DNA of 62,586 bases, counting the filler, from Choristocarpus tenellus KU-1152 (Eukaryota; Protista; Phaeophyceae): the NCBI GenBank assembly GCA_964200185.2. It is 13 parts of 13 records of this genome, joined end to end, with 100 filler letters (N's around TTAATTAATTAA, not from the genome) between each part and the next. Parts side by side here need not be neighbours in the genome. Positions count along the whole stretch, not along the records: positions 1 to 3,157 come from CAXNAD020021889.1; positions 3,258 to 19,136 come from CAXNAD020000916.1; 11 more parts are not named here. One strand, written 5' to 3'. Below the pieces are notes generated by a model, which worked only from the letters and a program-made list of their open reading frames with translations, was not told the origin of the DNA and did no database searches. Shown here in pieces: positions 1-12,172 of the stretch. The translations under genes were made by a program, and so were the position numbers. The stretch's first letter is position 1, and each line of letters opens with the position of its first letter.

Positions 1-40
1 GTGTTTATGAAACCGCCATCAAGACATATCGCCTGTGACA
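1..40. mobile_element. Terminal 40 bp of an LTR (ends ...TGTGACA), same family as solo LTR at 45939-46231
   Basis: gtgtttatgaaaccgccatcaagacatatcgcctgtgaca matches the last ~40 nt of the element ending at 46231 with one mismatch; canonical CA end. Confidence 0.6.
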
Positions 41-51
41 CTAAGGTGTAA

Positions 52-500
52 CTATACAAACCCCACACTTCGGCAGACGCTCCTAACCCTAAGTTACTGT
101 TCCTGTGGAGAGGACCATATGAAGTTAAAGAGAGAATAACTCCGGTAGTCTACCGTGTGAAGGCGCAGGTCGACTGTCGAGAAATAACTGTGCATATAGC
201 ACGACTTAAACCACACAGAGAGGGCCACCCTCCTGAACCAGACATTGACTCTCTCAATTCTTTATTTCTGGGCAGAATAATACCTGAACCAGATAAAGAA
301 CAAGGTTCAAGCGTTCAACCAACTTTAGGGTCATACTTTATTGAGGTCATTGCAGACCATAAACCTGGAGTGGGTCGTAAATCCCCACATAACTATTCAT
401 ACCGGCTTATGTTTAGAGGTTTTGCTCCAGCTAGTGATGTCTGGCGGAATGCAAAGGAAATTCCTTAGTGTGCAGAGATGACGGAATCATACAGATTATG
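52..500 (+). pseudogene. Ty3/gypsy (chromovirus-like) integrase C-terminus with GPY/F motif and chromodomain, degenerate
   Basis: Frame 1 reads PKLLFLWRGPYEVKERITPVVYRVK...VHIARLKP (GPY/F domain), then YFIEVIADHK...YRLMFRGFAPASDVW (chromodomain); internal stops. Confidence 0.8.
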
Positions 501-1399
501 ACACACTCTGGATGTTTCTCCTGACCAAAGTGTACTGACGCTAAAGTCTTCAAAAGCTCCTTGTGACCAAGGTATACCGATGCCAGGGTCTTTTCAATCT
601 TCTCCACCACCCTCTGCCACAATAGCCGAAGAACCATCACACTCGTCACAAACACACCTGGCTCAATCCATTGCCGCCATTGTTATCGAGAACATTCAAC
701 ATGCTCTTGCTTCGAACCCCCAAGGCGATGTCCCTGTGGCTAGATCTACTACTCACACAGTGGGTTGCCGGCCTGATACAACGTCAGATTCCACTAAAAA
801 GAGGTAGAGATGAAGGTTTGAATCCTTTTTCAGGGCGAACTCATGGACGATTTACCCGCTAAGTTGTTGACGTTTTTCCTTAACAAGTGCACACATATTT
901 TTTAACCACACTCAAAAGGATAATTTGATGGGTCCATACACATATGGTGTGGTCAAGGCCTTATTCCTGTTTTGTCAAGTTTCGAATGGAAGAAGATCGC
1001 GATGCACCTCTTTTTGCACCTCCAAACTTGTTTTCACCATACCCACAAAGAGAGTAATTGATGTGAATACTCGGGATGGTTATTTATAGGTTTGAATCCT
1101 CTATCTTAAGCAGGAAATCATTGGGATCCCTCGGCCCTCTCAATGGTTTGCCCCTTAAGCAAATAAGATTTTGATTTGAGCTCACCCAGTGGGAGGTGAC
1201 AGTGTTCCTCGTTGGCGGGCACACGGTTTCTGCTCCACATAGTCCAAGAGATTGGAACTGGAAGAAAACTGGACCCCATCACTCCAGAACTCCGGATAAA
1301 AGGGTTATTAACAATAATACTTGGTGATAAATCGAGTCTTCACTTTCAAATCAAAAGGATTAGGCAGTATACAGATTCCTCAGAATGGAAGTGGACAAA

Positions 1400-2960
1400 A
1401 CTTTCCTGACAAAAACAGGATATTTAACCTTTTGCTTTCAGGGACGCAAGTTAATAATTCAAGGTAATGATACACCCACAAAGGTAATCACTGATCCAAT
1501 TCCTAAAAACCCCTCCACCTCAGTGCAGTTCCTCTTGAGACATCTGTTGTGGCCTAGCGCAACCCACAACCAAGATAGGGAACCATAGGTTTCCATTTCA
1601 CATTAACACCAGCTGATGCATTGTAGCTTGATCAACACAATGACCCAAGCACTTTGATATCAACATTTCCTGGGATGTTATCTTCATACCCCTTGGGTAA
1701 TTAAAGGTACAAATAGATGTTTCCCATCACCAAACTTTGGGGTTCCAACCCTGTTAAGGACAACCTTTCCAGGAACTCCTCCAAATTGGCTACAGGAACA
1801 TTCTTGGGATACCCAGATGATTCTTTTTCTTTTCTCCCACAGGACTGTCAAACACTTTTTGTTGCTCGTGTGCAGACAGAGCTCACACTGGGGGGGAGGT
1901 GATGTGACGTACAGGTCCCTTTGGGGACTGATCTCTGTCCAAGTACAAATCCGCGCGCACACACAAGTGCATTGCGCGCACATTTCTTTTGTCATTGGTG
2001 ACGTTCCCACCAACATCAAACACAGAGAACTCTTGAGAATTCTCAGACTTCTTACCAAGTGACGATCACGAAGATGTGATACCATCTGGTGGATCTGGGA
2101 TTCTCTTTAAACTTTTCCTAAGATTTGATAGCTGAGAGAGCTTTGGGTTTGCTGGTAGCAACCCACCATGACACATTTGGTGATTCTGAACACCCCCCAC
2201 GACTGATTGGAACCTGCCTCACGACAATGATATATTTTGGACATAGTTAGCCAAAAAAACAAAAACTTATCACAGAAAGTAATCCTGTTTCTATCACCAT
2301 TTGTTTGGTTGGTAGTACAACTCAAGGGGAAGGTATGGTTGAGGATTTGATTACCATGTTCACCCCCAAGAAGCTAGGATGGTGACCATGAACCTCGGGG
2401 GCCCCAGAACCCTGACTGAACTGTCCTTGCCGTCATTGCAGTATTGGCGATGGTAGGTTATGGTGGTAGATGAGGTCAAGATCGCTTTGTTGTGGGAATT
2501 TTTTTTGTGTCCGTGCTGTGCAAAGTCTATGGTTCCATCTCGTCAAATTCCCAACCAGGCACCCTCAACAGCATCGGAATGCAGGTTCGTTCATGTTTGG
2601 TTGCGAGTAAATGTTCTGTGTTGTAGGTGTCAACATTGCTGGCAGAGTATTCGATACCCTCTCTACTGCTGATGGATTGTTCGTTTGTTGCATGCTGCCT
2701 GATAGTTCAGTCAACAATCACCCTTTGCGATCTCGCTGTCACACGTTCCTGGCAGTAGTCAGGGGCTTCACTTCCGACTCTGCCAGTTGTTTCCAACATA
2801 GGGACTCCAGTTCCAAATTAACCCATGGATTCCAACAATGATAACAATCCCCTCGTTTCCTTTGAGAACGATCCTCAAAAGTCGTAAGGCACAGTCAAGA
2901 TCCAATATATGTCTGACCAGATAAGAGTATATACTTTTATTAAAAAATATATGTAACTCC
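1400..2960 (-). pseudogene. Possible heavily degraded gag/protease region of an LTR retrotransposon
   Basis: Minus-strand RKRGDCYHCWNP near 2820-2870 resembles the start of a CCHC zinc knuckle; otherwise riddled with stops. Confidence 0.25.
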
Positions 2961-3157
2961 ATCTAGCCCCTAATCAGGTCAACAAATATCCTTGTCTAAC
3001 CTTGGAAAATTTCCCAAGGGTCACAGAATGCCATTAGAGTCAGATTGCCCCTGGCCTAGTCTGAGTATACATTTGCTCTTTCTGAAACACACCTTCAAAA
3101 TTTACAATGTATCTCTGACATGGCCTAAAATGAATGGGTCCCCAGTTCCAATCACTC

Positions 3158-3257
3158 NNNNNNNNNNNNNNNNNNNNNNNNNNNNNNNNNNNNNNNNNNN
3201 NTTAATTAATTAANNNNNNNNNNNNNNNNNNNNNNNNNNNNNNNNNNNNNNNNNNNN
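3158..3257. other. Artificial contig linker (N44-TTAATTAATTAA-N44); 11 further copies at 19137, 22135, 27350, 30330, 34900, 39381, 42022, 47293, 50441, 53527, 57671
   Basis: Identical 100-bp spacer with stop codons in all six frames. Confidence 0.98.
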
Positions 3258-3299
3258 CCCAAATGGACGGCCGCCACCCCCTCCCAGATACTTTGAGAC
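3258..3299. mobile_element. MITE family B, terminal fragment at contig start
   Basis: CCAAATGGAC...CCCAGATACTTTGAGAC matches the family-B end. Confidence 0.75.
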
Positions 3300-3300
3300 T

Positions 3301-3748
3301 GATGCTAGTTATGGTGGAGACTGGAATGATCGTAGATCAGTGAATGGGGTAGCAATAATGTTTGCAGGAGGAGCAACATCTTGGATGTCAAAGGTACAAA
3401 GAGTTGTAGCTCTGTCTTCCACAGAGAGTGAGTATATACCTCTTAAGAATGTGGCACAGGAATTACTTTTTTTTAGAAGTGTTTTTGAGTTTACTCAGTC
3501 ACAGGTTTCTAGGCAGTACATTGACATGTTTGAGGATAACGATGGTGCATGTAAACTAGTACCAAATACCACAAGCTCTACTAAAATAAAACACATTGAT
3601 GTCAGACACCATTTTATGAGGGCTTAGCTAGAAAAGGAGAGATTTGTGTTGTTTTGTTGGTACTGCAAATCAGAGGGCAGATGTGTTGACCAAGAATTTT
3701 TCAGTTCGAGTTTTTAGACAGGGCATGAAGTTTTTAATGAACATGTAA
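3301..3748 (+). pseudogene. Ty1/copia RNase H domain, degenerate
   Basis: DASYGGDWNDRRSVNG...SWMSKVQRVVALSSTESEY...EDNDGA...KHIDVRHHF...NQRADVLTK; stop and frameshift near 3625-3660. Confidence 0.9.
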
Positions 3749-5330
3749 GCCCATCTCCTACACGCACGTTTTCAGGTCCATTTGGTTTTGCTTTTTGACA
3801 TTTTGGGGCATTTCCAAACGGAAAATCGTGACAGTGGAATTATACGACAATTTTAAGCATTTTTGAACGAGGCAAATCTGAATGGAGGGTGGATCAGACC
3901 ATTCGTGACCAAATTTCAAGGTAAATCTGAACGGAATTCTTTGTGTTTCGATTTGCCCTCTGTTTTGTTCGTCGTAGCAATGTACTTGGGGCTACAGAGT
4001 TATTACATATAGCACATCTGGTTCAAGATGGACAAAATGGATTCAGAGAGTGAGAGAGACCAAATGTCATCATCCTCGAGTTCATCACCTTCCAGTTCGT
4101 TATCTTCAAGCTATTTGTCTTTTGATGAATCTACCCTTAGGTTGCAAGCGCGATCTAGGCAGGCGATAAACCCAACCATGATATTGCTCATCTACGCTTT
4201 GATAGACGAGGAGGATGAGGACGAGGAACGCAAATTATTTCGCAGGTTTTGCATCCCCCACAATTGGGCCGTTTACCTGGCAAGCTCGTAAGGGTTATGC
4301 TGGGGAGAGAGGAAGCTCTGAGAGACATCACTTCACAGGAGGCGCTGAAGTTTATGAGGTGATTCCATGTCCCACTTGTTTTCTTTAACATTTAGTGAAA
4401 GAGGCAGCAAGGCAGGGGTGGCTTGGTTGTCGAACCGCAGATGCCACCGGATGCCCTGTCATACCCATGAAGCTGGAGGTGAGCATACCTGCCTGTAGAG
4501 TTAGCGTGTAAAAGGGCTACTTCGATAGGTTGCGCAACGGTCACCTATGAAGTGACCGTTAACCATGGTGGATTTGCAAGGGGAGTGGCTGCTGGATTTC
4601 CAGGAGCCAAAAAAGACGAGACAATAATTTGATATGATGGTGCTATTCAGAAATTTAGGGTTAGCCCCACGTACAGACAGCTGGAGTACAACCTCAAGGA
4701 CTCTCACGGGAACTATTACACCGAGAAAGGAGCCTATGTCCTTGTCGATGGGGGCTACCACAAGGTGACGGGGAATACATGACTGTAGGGCCATGCCTAT
4801 GTTATTTGTTGCTCCTGTAAAAATGAATGCTCATGAAACTAGCAAGTCAACAGTACTTTGCCCAACCCGATCTTTGCATTTGCAGTGGAGGTGCACAATA
4901 TGCCCCTTCAAGGCATCTGTCGCACAAGCACAGGCAAGGTGGAGCGAACAAGTGGAGAGTGTACGCAAGGATGTTGAGTACTTTTTTGGCAGAGTCAAGG
5001 GCCGCTTCAGAATCCTCAACCTGCCACTACTATATTCGCAGAGGAAGAAGATGACATATTTTGTTGCATATTCCAAAACATGCTTCATTCATATGATGGC
5101 CTTGGAGAGTTGGAGGGCAACACTGACTGGACAGGGGATGCTGGTCTGCATGATGCCTTCTACAGTGACCCTTAAACTGATTTCAAGCAGATGGGCATGC
5201 CAAGGGACCAGGGGGGAGAGGGATCTGAAGAGCATGTTGAGAGGGAGGTAGGATTCGATGAGCTTAGGAAGAAGCTCACAGCACACTCACAACGAAGAAA
5301 ACGGAGAGGTTATTTGGATGGGGTCCTGAT
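3749..5330 (+). mobile_element. PIF/Harbinger-type DDE transposase remnant, intron-containing, frameshifted
   Basis: GAYVLVDGGYHK / WRCTICPFK...RWSEQVESVRKDVEYFFGRVKGRFRIL (Harbinger nuclease motifs; GT..AG intron between the two parts); sequence starts right after a TAA at 3746-3748, the typical Harbinger target; right end not found. Confidence 0.8.
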
Positions 5331-5930
5331 GATGGAATCTTGCTTGTCAAACAGTGGATTGCGTTTTGCGCTCTTGGCACCTTGTGTGATAGGTAACAGT
5401 ACAATTGGTATTGTACTCTTGTAAAGTACATACAAGAAGAGGTAAAAATAAGTAATATAGGACAAAGAGTCATTTGTCAGTACAATATAGAGAGTGGTTG
5501 AAAGTCCACTGTCAAAAGGAAGAATCAATTGCCACTGATTGTGATAATTTGTAGTTAGGTACATTTTGTCATCATGGACAAGAGCAGCTCACTTCGTTCT
5601 GAGCAGTGGATAATATTATACCCTAACCAACCTTCTGAAGAGCTCTAGGATCTTCATTACTTTAACTTTGCTCAAGGTTACAATACAAGATCATTGTTGG
5701 CAGCTTTGTTTGATTAGTGCATCAGAAGCTCAAGATTAGAGGACTTCACACAAAAAAAATTCCATTAAAAAAAAATTACCTCAAACGTAAACAAAGATTT
5801 GTCAATGCTGTCCAGTGTGATGGTACACCTATGTGCACGGGATCACTGTCAAAGTCTACTGAGCACTACATTGACAGCTATGTTGTCACAACTGATTCCC
5901 CTAGTCTATCTCCCTACTACCGCTGCCTGT

Positions 5931-6015
5931 CAAAAGTCATAAAAAAGACTGTGGGAAGCCAAGCCCTAAACGGACAAACAGGGCAAAACTCGTACCCTCT
6001 AAGATACTTTTACTT
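5931..6015 (+). mobile_element. MITE family A, partial (3' part)
   Basis: Matches family-A 3' end GGGCAAAACTCGTACCCTCTAAGATACTTT. Confidence 0.8.
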
Positions 6016-6023
6016 TTGCTCTT

Positions 6024-6278
6024 GAGCAAAAGTATCTTAGAGGGTAGAGCCGCGTCCATTTGGTGGCCAAAACCCAATGTTGTGATGTTGATGTAATTTT
6101 GGTTATCGTGTTTGTTAGGAAGTGCCAATATCCTTGTTTCTGACACACCGCTTCATAACGTACATATTTTACGTACTCATAAATATTTTGGAGTAGGAAA
6201 AAGTAAAAAAAAAAAGGGAAGTCAAGCCCCAAATGGAAAAACGGGGCGAAACTCGTACCCTCTAAGATACTTTCACTC
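6024..6278 (+). mobile_element. MITE family A, full length, 4-bp TSD TCTT
   Basis: About 23-bp TIRs GAG.AAAGTATCTTAGAGGGTA / TACCCTCTAAGATACTTTCACTC; TCTT on both flanks. Confidence 0.92.
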
Positions 6279-6813
6279 TCTTGACTATATCTGCTGGGTA
6301 GATGTGACCATGCAGAGTGTTCTTTGGTAAATGAGCTGTTCGTGTGCAGCCATATTAACAATTTGTACTACCCCTGAACCATCATCAGCATCCCACGTTG
6401 TGATTGTTCAAGCAATAGCAACAAATTGCCAAGGATCATTGGCATTTAGTCAATCAATATAATAAAATAAACAGATATGTGGTTCTAAAACAGTATCACA
6501 AGTATCAGATGGAGCTTTATCACTTACAGCAGGTACAAGCGTTTCTGATTCTGGAGGAATGGAAATTTTTCCCCTCAGGCGAAATGGGACAGATGGAACT
6601 TTGACTTGTATAGCTGCTATTTGAAAAGGAGATGAACTATCAGAAGAAGGAGTAGTACGTTGTATGTCATGGAATGAACAGATGCATTGCCCAAAAATAG
6701 CAAATCACAAATACCAGATGAAGTTGTATTACTTTCAGCAGGTACTACCTTCATGCCGTAAGTAAGTGCCATGTTGTCCATAATTTTTGAAGATGTTGAT
6801 TAAATTAATTTCT

Positions 6814-7071
6814 AAGTCAAAATATCTTAGAGGCCAGAGCCGCATCCATTTGGAGGCCAAAATCCAATGTTGCAATTTTGATGTAATTTTGGCTATGGTG
6901 TTTGATAGGAGATGTCAATATCCTTATTCCAGACACACCTTTTCAAATGTACACATTTTACCTACTCCGGAACATTTTGGAGTAGGTAAAGTGTCATTAA
7001 AAACCCGTGGGAAGCCAAGTTCCAAATAAACAAACAAGGAAAAACTCGTACCCTCTGAGATACCTTCACTT
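6814..7071 (+). mobile_element. MITE family A, full length, TSD (T)TCT
   Basis: Full-length match to the other copies, degenerate TIRs. Confidence 0.88.
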
Positions 7072-7136
7072 TCTCAAAGAAGATTTGGAATCCTTGACAA
7101 ATTTATGGTTAGGGTCAGGTCTTTTTTAAATTATTA

Positions 7137-8030
7137 CTACCCACCCATCACAATTTCATCAGCCACAGAATATGCCTCAATGTCTACCTTCAGTGTGTTT
7201 TCAAGATCACCAGACAACTGCCTCTTCCTTACCCTTGGGTGCTCCACACTGAAGCCATTCCCCCCTTCGTATCTAAGTACTTGATTGTACAACACAAAAA
7301 GAGGTTGCCAAGCCCTCTCAAGTGTGGTTTCATAATACTCCTCGTACTGTTTCTTAATGACCTTCACCATCTCCTCAACGGACCCAAACCGCTCCCCCAT
7401 CACCTGACATTTCAAAGACCCGAAGAAGCACAGGTCCATGATAATAAGGTCAGGAGAGTTAGATGGCTACGTCACAAGTCTAATCGACCACCCTTCCGTC
7501 TTCCCTGCCCCTGACAAGATTTCTGAGTTGCCCTTGCCCATGTGGGGGGTGGCACCGTCTTGCTGAATGACAATGTGCTTCCCCTGCAACCAAGGTATCT
7601 TGGTCTTGATTGCGGGCAGTAACTCCTCCGTGTACCACAAATGGTCTAAAATACAGTCCTGCTCATGCGCATCCCCCTTTTTATGGTACTTGCTTGTCCT
7701 GTCAGCAGTTTTTGGCACACACACACACACCAAACACCAACCTTTCCATAAAAACTGTGAGCCGAATCTGGGGGTAAGTTGGCTGCAATTATCATGGTTT
7801 TGGGGATACGACTCTTGTGCTGCACAGTAGGGGACCCTGGAAGGGTTGCTATCATCCTCATGCGTGGATACCCTAACCCTTTCCCCATCAGCCATCACGT
7901 AAACCAGGTTTCATTCACATGGAGGCGTATGCACTACATTTGCAACCCTCTTGATCGCAAACCAAGTCTATTCTCCATACCTTATGTCACGATTTAAGCT
8001 TGGGTTTGATCCAACGGCGATTCGGCATGG
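7137..8030 (-). mobile_element. Tc1/mariner transposase remnant (about DD40D, related to plant/oomycete DD39D mariners)
   Basis: RWIKPKL...HVNETWF...IQQDGATPH...*PSNSPDLIIMDLCFFGSLK; in-frame TAG at 7467-7469 where Q is expected; frameshifts upstream. Confidence 0.88.
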
Positions 8031-8503
8031 GGGATCATTCAACTGCCTGTTCATGGTGCTTGTACCATAATCCTACGCGGGGGGGTTGACAAGGGGGTCA
8101 CCCTGTCGACGTTCTGACCTCAAAATCACCCCAAAAGACTTTTACTTTGACGGCTTGAAAGCACCTCGAGTTTGTACCTGATGATTCTCGACTCCCACCC
8201 TTTCTGAAAGCTGAGATTGTCAACCCAATTTCATTCTGTGGGGTTATCATCCGATTCGGCGCCGTTCTCGCTCTGCGAGCCCAGATGTTTCGCGGCACAA
8301 ACTTATGGCACAGAGGTAGTACAAGAGTTTCTGAATCTGGCGATGGAATTTTTCCGGGAAACGAAATGGGACAGATTGAACCTTGTCTTACAGACCACTT
8401 CAGACTTGATCAGTAGCAACAACTCAAACTTGAGGAACTCGAGGAAGAATTGAGCGATTTATGTTAAAACATAGGCTACTCATTCGATTGGCTTTGATAC
8501 GAT

Positions 8504-8760
8504 GAGTCAAAGTATCTTAGAGGGTAGAGCCGCGTTCATTTGGGGACCGAAATCCAATGTTGTGATTTCAATGAAATTTTGGCTATCGTGTTTGTTGGAA
8601 AGTGTCAATATCCTTGTTCCAGACACATCTTTTCATAACGTATACATTTTACCCACTCCACAATATTTTGGAGTAGGAAAATGTCATAAAACCCTCGAGG
8701 GAAGTCAAGCCCCAAATGGACAAACAGGGTAAACTCGTACCCTCTAAGATACTTTCACTC
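8504..8760 (+). mobile_element. MITE family A, full length, 4-bp TSD CGAT
   Basis: TIRs GAGTCAAAGTATCTTAGAGGGTA / TACCCTCTAAGATACTTTCACTC; CGAT both sides. Confidence 0.93.
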
Positions 8761-10589
8761 CGATACAGCATCATCAGTCCATACTGAACGTTGATTTGTC
8801 CATTGCAATGGGGTCGTTATTCCCATTTACATCATTGCTCATTAGTTAATCATCACAACTCACTCAGAAGATGAGAGTGTATAGGAAGTATAGGAAAAGT
8901 CGCTAACTATCCCTCATTCTGGCATACTATGTGTGACAGTAGTTATGTTAGATATGGATTCAAGCTTGGCTTTTTCTTTCTTCCCCATCTTACTTCTTTT
9001 TTCCCCAAAAGTCATCTGTTGCATAGCATGTGTTGATTCTTATTTTTTACTTGACTGGCATTGCCCACTGTAAGAAATTCTGTTCGCTCTGCAACACGTA
9101 TAAGACACTGGGATATAATTAAACAGAGTTAAAACTATCCTTCGAAACCCTTCCCTGCCAAGGTGACAACCCTCTTCACAGAGGATGAACTTCTTCATTT
9201 GAGCGTCTCAATGAATGACCACACACTTTCTATCGAACACAGTCTGCTTGAGTAAAAACTTGCCGCAGACATACCAGTGCCCATTTCACTCTAACCAAAG
9301 TCTGATTGAGTAAGACATCCCTTCAGACGCACCAGACCGAACCCACAGGTGTCTTGTTGCACTATGACACAGAGTTGCCTCTAAACGCGTTAATCACAGC
9401 ACAACCAAACATACCTTCACATTGAACACTGACTAAATACAACATGCCACCGGACCTACCAGAACAAATTCATCAGTGCTTTGTTGCACTATGATCTCCT
9501 TTGTCACAAACCAGACACATCACAACAACATACAACTCACACGAAATCAGGTTTCAACAAGTTACACCCCCCATTTTTTTCAGGATGTAAGCGGTTAGGG
9601 GACCATGTGCTTCTTGCTGATTTTAGTGTTTGGGAACTAACATCAACATATCTGTAGTTAAAGGGCCAGAACCCTTGTGGTGAGCAGGTTATTTGTAGCC
9701 ACTTGTCGCCAGATTTCGCTATTCTCATGGAGGAACTTTCTAGTTGTAACCGTTCAAATTCCACATGGCAAGGACTGCATGGACTGCACACCTACCTGCC
9801 AGTATTATCCTGCATCTCTCACTGCATTACACCGCAACATGATGGGAAAACTGAAAAAAGGTGTCAGGTATTCCTTGGGGAGAGATGCTACGGTGACCAC
9901 TCAACTAGAAATTAGAGAGGACGCAGAGAGACCATTTGTGGGATCGCTGAACACAAGCATGCAAAGCAAAGTCTGAATGAAGGCAGTGCAATTACTTGCA
10001 GCACAACTCTAAAGCAGGATGAGAATATGTGCAGTGTGAAATGTCTCTGACCACAGGGCTAGTACCCAGCCAAAGTTAAGACGAAAAAAGAAATATATAG
10101 AAGTGCTCGTGTAGATGGTAACATCTCATGTAACGTCCCTCTGTCTCTCATCGTGGATAGGCACTGAGATGTGGCGTAGTATGCGCTCTTGATTAGAGGA
10201 ACAATATTTCTGCTGGTTACCACGTATACAATGGCAAAAACACACACACAAACGTCATAGTGCCTTTGGTTGCTTGGAATATTGGTTAAGAGGGGTGGGG
10301 GCTGTGCTAGGGGAGTCCGTGGCTGCCCATGCGAAATTTGATCTAGTAAAAACGTACATGATGTGTAGCTTTTGTGGTCTGCACACATCTTTCACCTTGA
10401 AAGTGGTCCAAACAAGAAGTTCAAATTTGTAAGAAGAGATATCACGGTTAGGGTACTAACTGACAGCACTGGAAAGAATTACAATCGTACTCTAACATTC
10501 CCTCAAAAATATTTATCAAAAAATGGATGGAACATGGGTTTAAGGGAAGGAGGGAAGGGGGCGGGTGTTTCATCCTAGGTACAGGGATA

Positions 10590-11120
10590 TCCAGCACTCC
10601 ACATACAACAATAGCTTCAAATATCTTCTCATATTCTTGAAAAGGTTCAACAGGTGAGAGGTGACTTCTTGTCTTCCTCCCTCCTTCAAGCACTTCGAGA
10701 TTTGTTATATATTCTTACATTGTCTGCTTTCTTCCCACTCAAATGTCAACATGCTTGTTGGGTAACAATCAATATTCTCGTGAAGATTGATGGCAGGAAT
10801 GATGTGCAGGAATCAGACAAACATGAAATGGGTGGACTACCAACAAGTTAGTACATGTTCGATCACTTAATTGGGCTCGATCCTCAACATCTTGCACATC
10901 TCCTCCAAGCCTTTCTTACACTAAAATTGACTTGGAATAGGTCCCCCAACTTTGAATGCTATACTGACAACACACCCAAAAAACGGCAATCAATGCAGTT
11001 GTTGTAATTCGGTAATCTTACCGGAGCAAGCAGCCCATCTCAACTATTGATAACCCACATTGTGCCTCTCACAAGTTCCACCCTTCCAGTCAGTCCTCGC
11101 TTTCTTCCTATTTTGCCACA
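10590..11120 (-). pseudogene. Possible hAT transposase relic
   Basis: Minus-strand VIEHVLTCW*STHFMFV*FL resembles the hAT motif DVxTRWNSTxxMLxRF; many stops. Confidence 0.4.
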
Positions 11121-11242
11121 TTTTCAGCAAGACCCTCTTCTGTCCTTCTACCTGAATGCTTGATGCAGTCCAGAGAGAGAGAGAAACAGAGAGATTGTGT
11201 GATAACCTCAAATTCATACTCGGCGCAGGACATGGTCGCGGT

Positions 11243-11471
11243 AAAAGAGTGGGGAGTGTGACCTATTGACCTATCCAACCATCTATAGTGATTGGCACAT
11301 ACTCTTCAGCAGGCATATCTCAATGGGAGAGTTCTATTACAACACGCTCCAGAACATACCTCCATAGGATGTGTAGCTCTAATCCAACGACCTTTAAACG
11401 ACGCTACTGGGGCATTTCCACTGTCGATAGTCACTCTTCTCTCGATGCTTCACTCAATGCTTAGCTTAACA
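11243..11471 (+). mobile_element. Possible polypurine tract plus short LTR (TGTGAC...TTAACA)
   Basis: AAAAGAGTGGGGAG directly precedes TG at 11257; internal cctccataggatgtgtagctcta resembles cctccacaggatgtatagctcta in the solo LTR at about 45955. Confidence 0.35.
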
Positions 11472-12172
11472 CTTTAGTTAGTGTTTTATTTGAGAAAGAA
11501 AGGGAAAGAGGTGTGTTGAGTGACTCTCAAAAGTGGTTTATATTAGCATCATCCACCTGATTTCTACAGACTATAAGTTGAAAGGCATCTTCCAGCTGTT
11601 GTATACATACTCAAATTAGAAATCCTTTCCGAAACTTCTAGGAATCGGCATTCGTTCTGCAATGTCTCCTATACGCTATGAATCTTGTGTACTGCTTGCG
11701 CTAATCGCCTGTAACAGTTCAGCCTCCTTCGAAAACTATTTACCTTTTTGACTTTGTACCTGAGCCCACATTTCTATGCTAAAGATGCATGTATCTTCTG
11801 CTGGTTGAGGTATTCGTGGCAAATGAGACCCTCTGGGTAGAGGGCACATTCATAGCCTTCACTGTTTAGAGATGCTTTTGGAACAATAGACATCAAGATA
11901 GAACACTGTTGCAATGCATGGTGCACAATGGGTTCCCTCACACCATATTAAACACACACACACACACACACACACAAAACAAAAAAGGGATGAAAATAAA
12001 TTTAAGGGGGAAACCTTGATCCCTTCATCCACTACACAAAGAAGTACACGCCTTCCAATACATCTAATGGGTCAGTACCATAATTTCCTCCAGAAATTGT
12101 CCAACAAAACAAACTCTCAATTCCTTCCAGCTTTCACCAGCATAGCGAGTGCTCAATATCCTAGCAAGTACC

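Noticed and set aside
3202-3213. TTAATTAATTAA palindrome repeated 12 times
   Set aside because: Artificial six-frame stop linker inside N runs
5937-6361. Recurrent small ORFs (SQSILEG..., YPLRYF...) also at 8502, 14653, 30121, 33524, 46764
   Set aside because: Chance translations of MITE family A; frames are not conserved between copies
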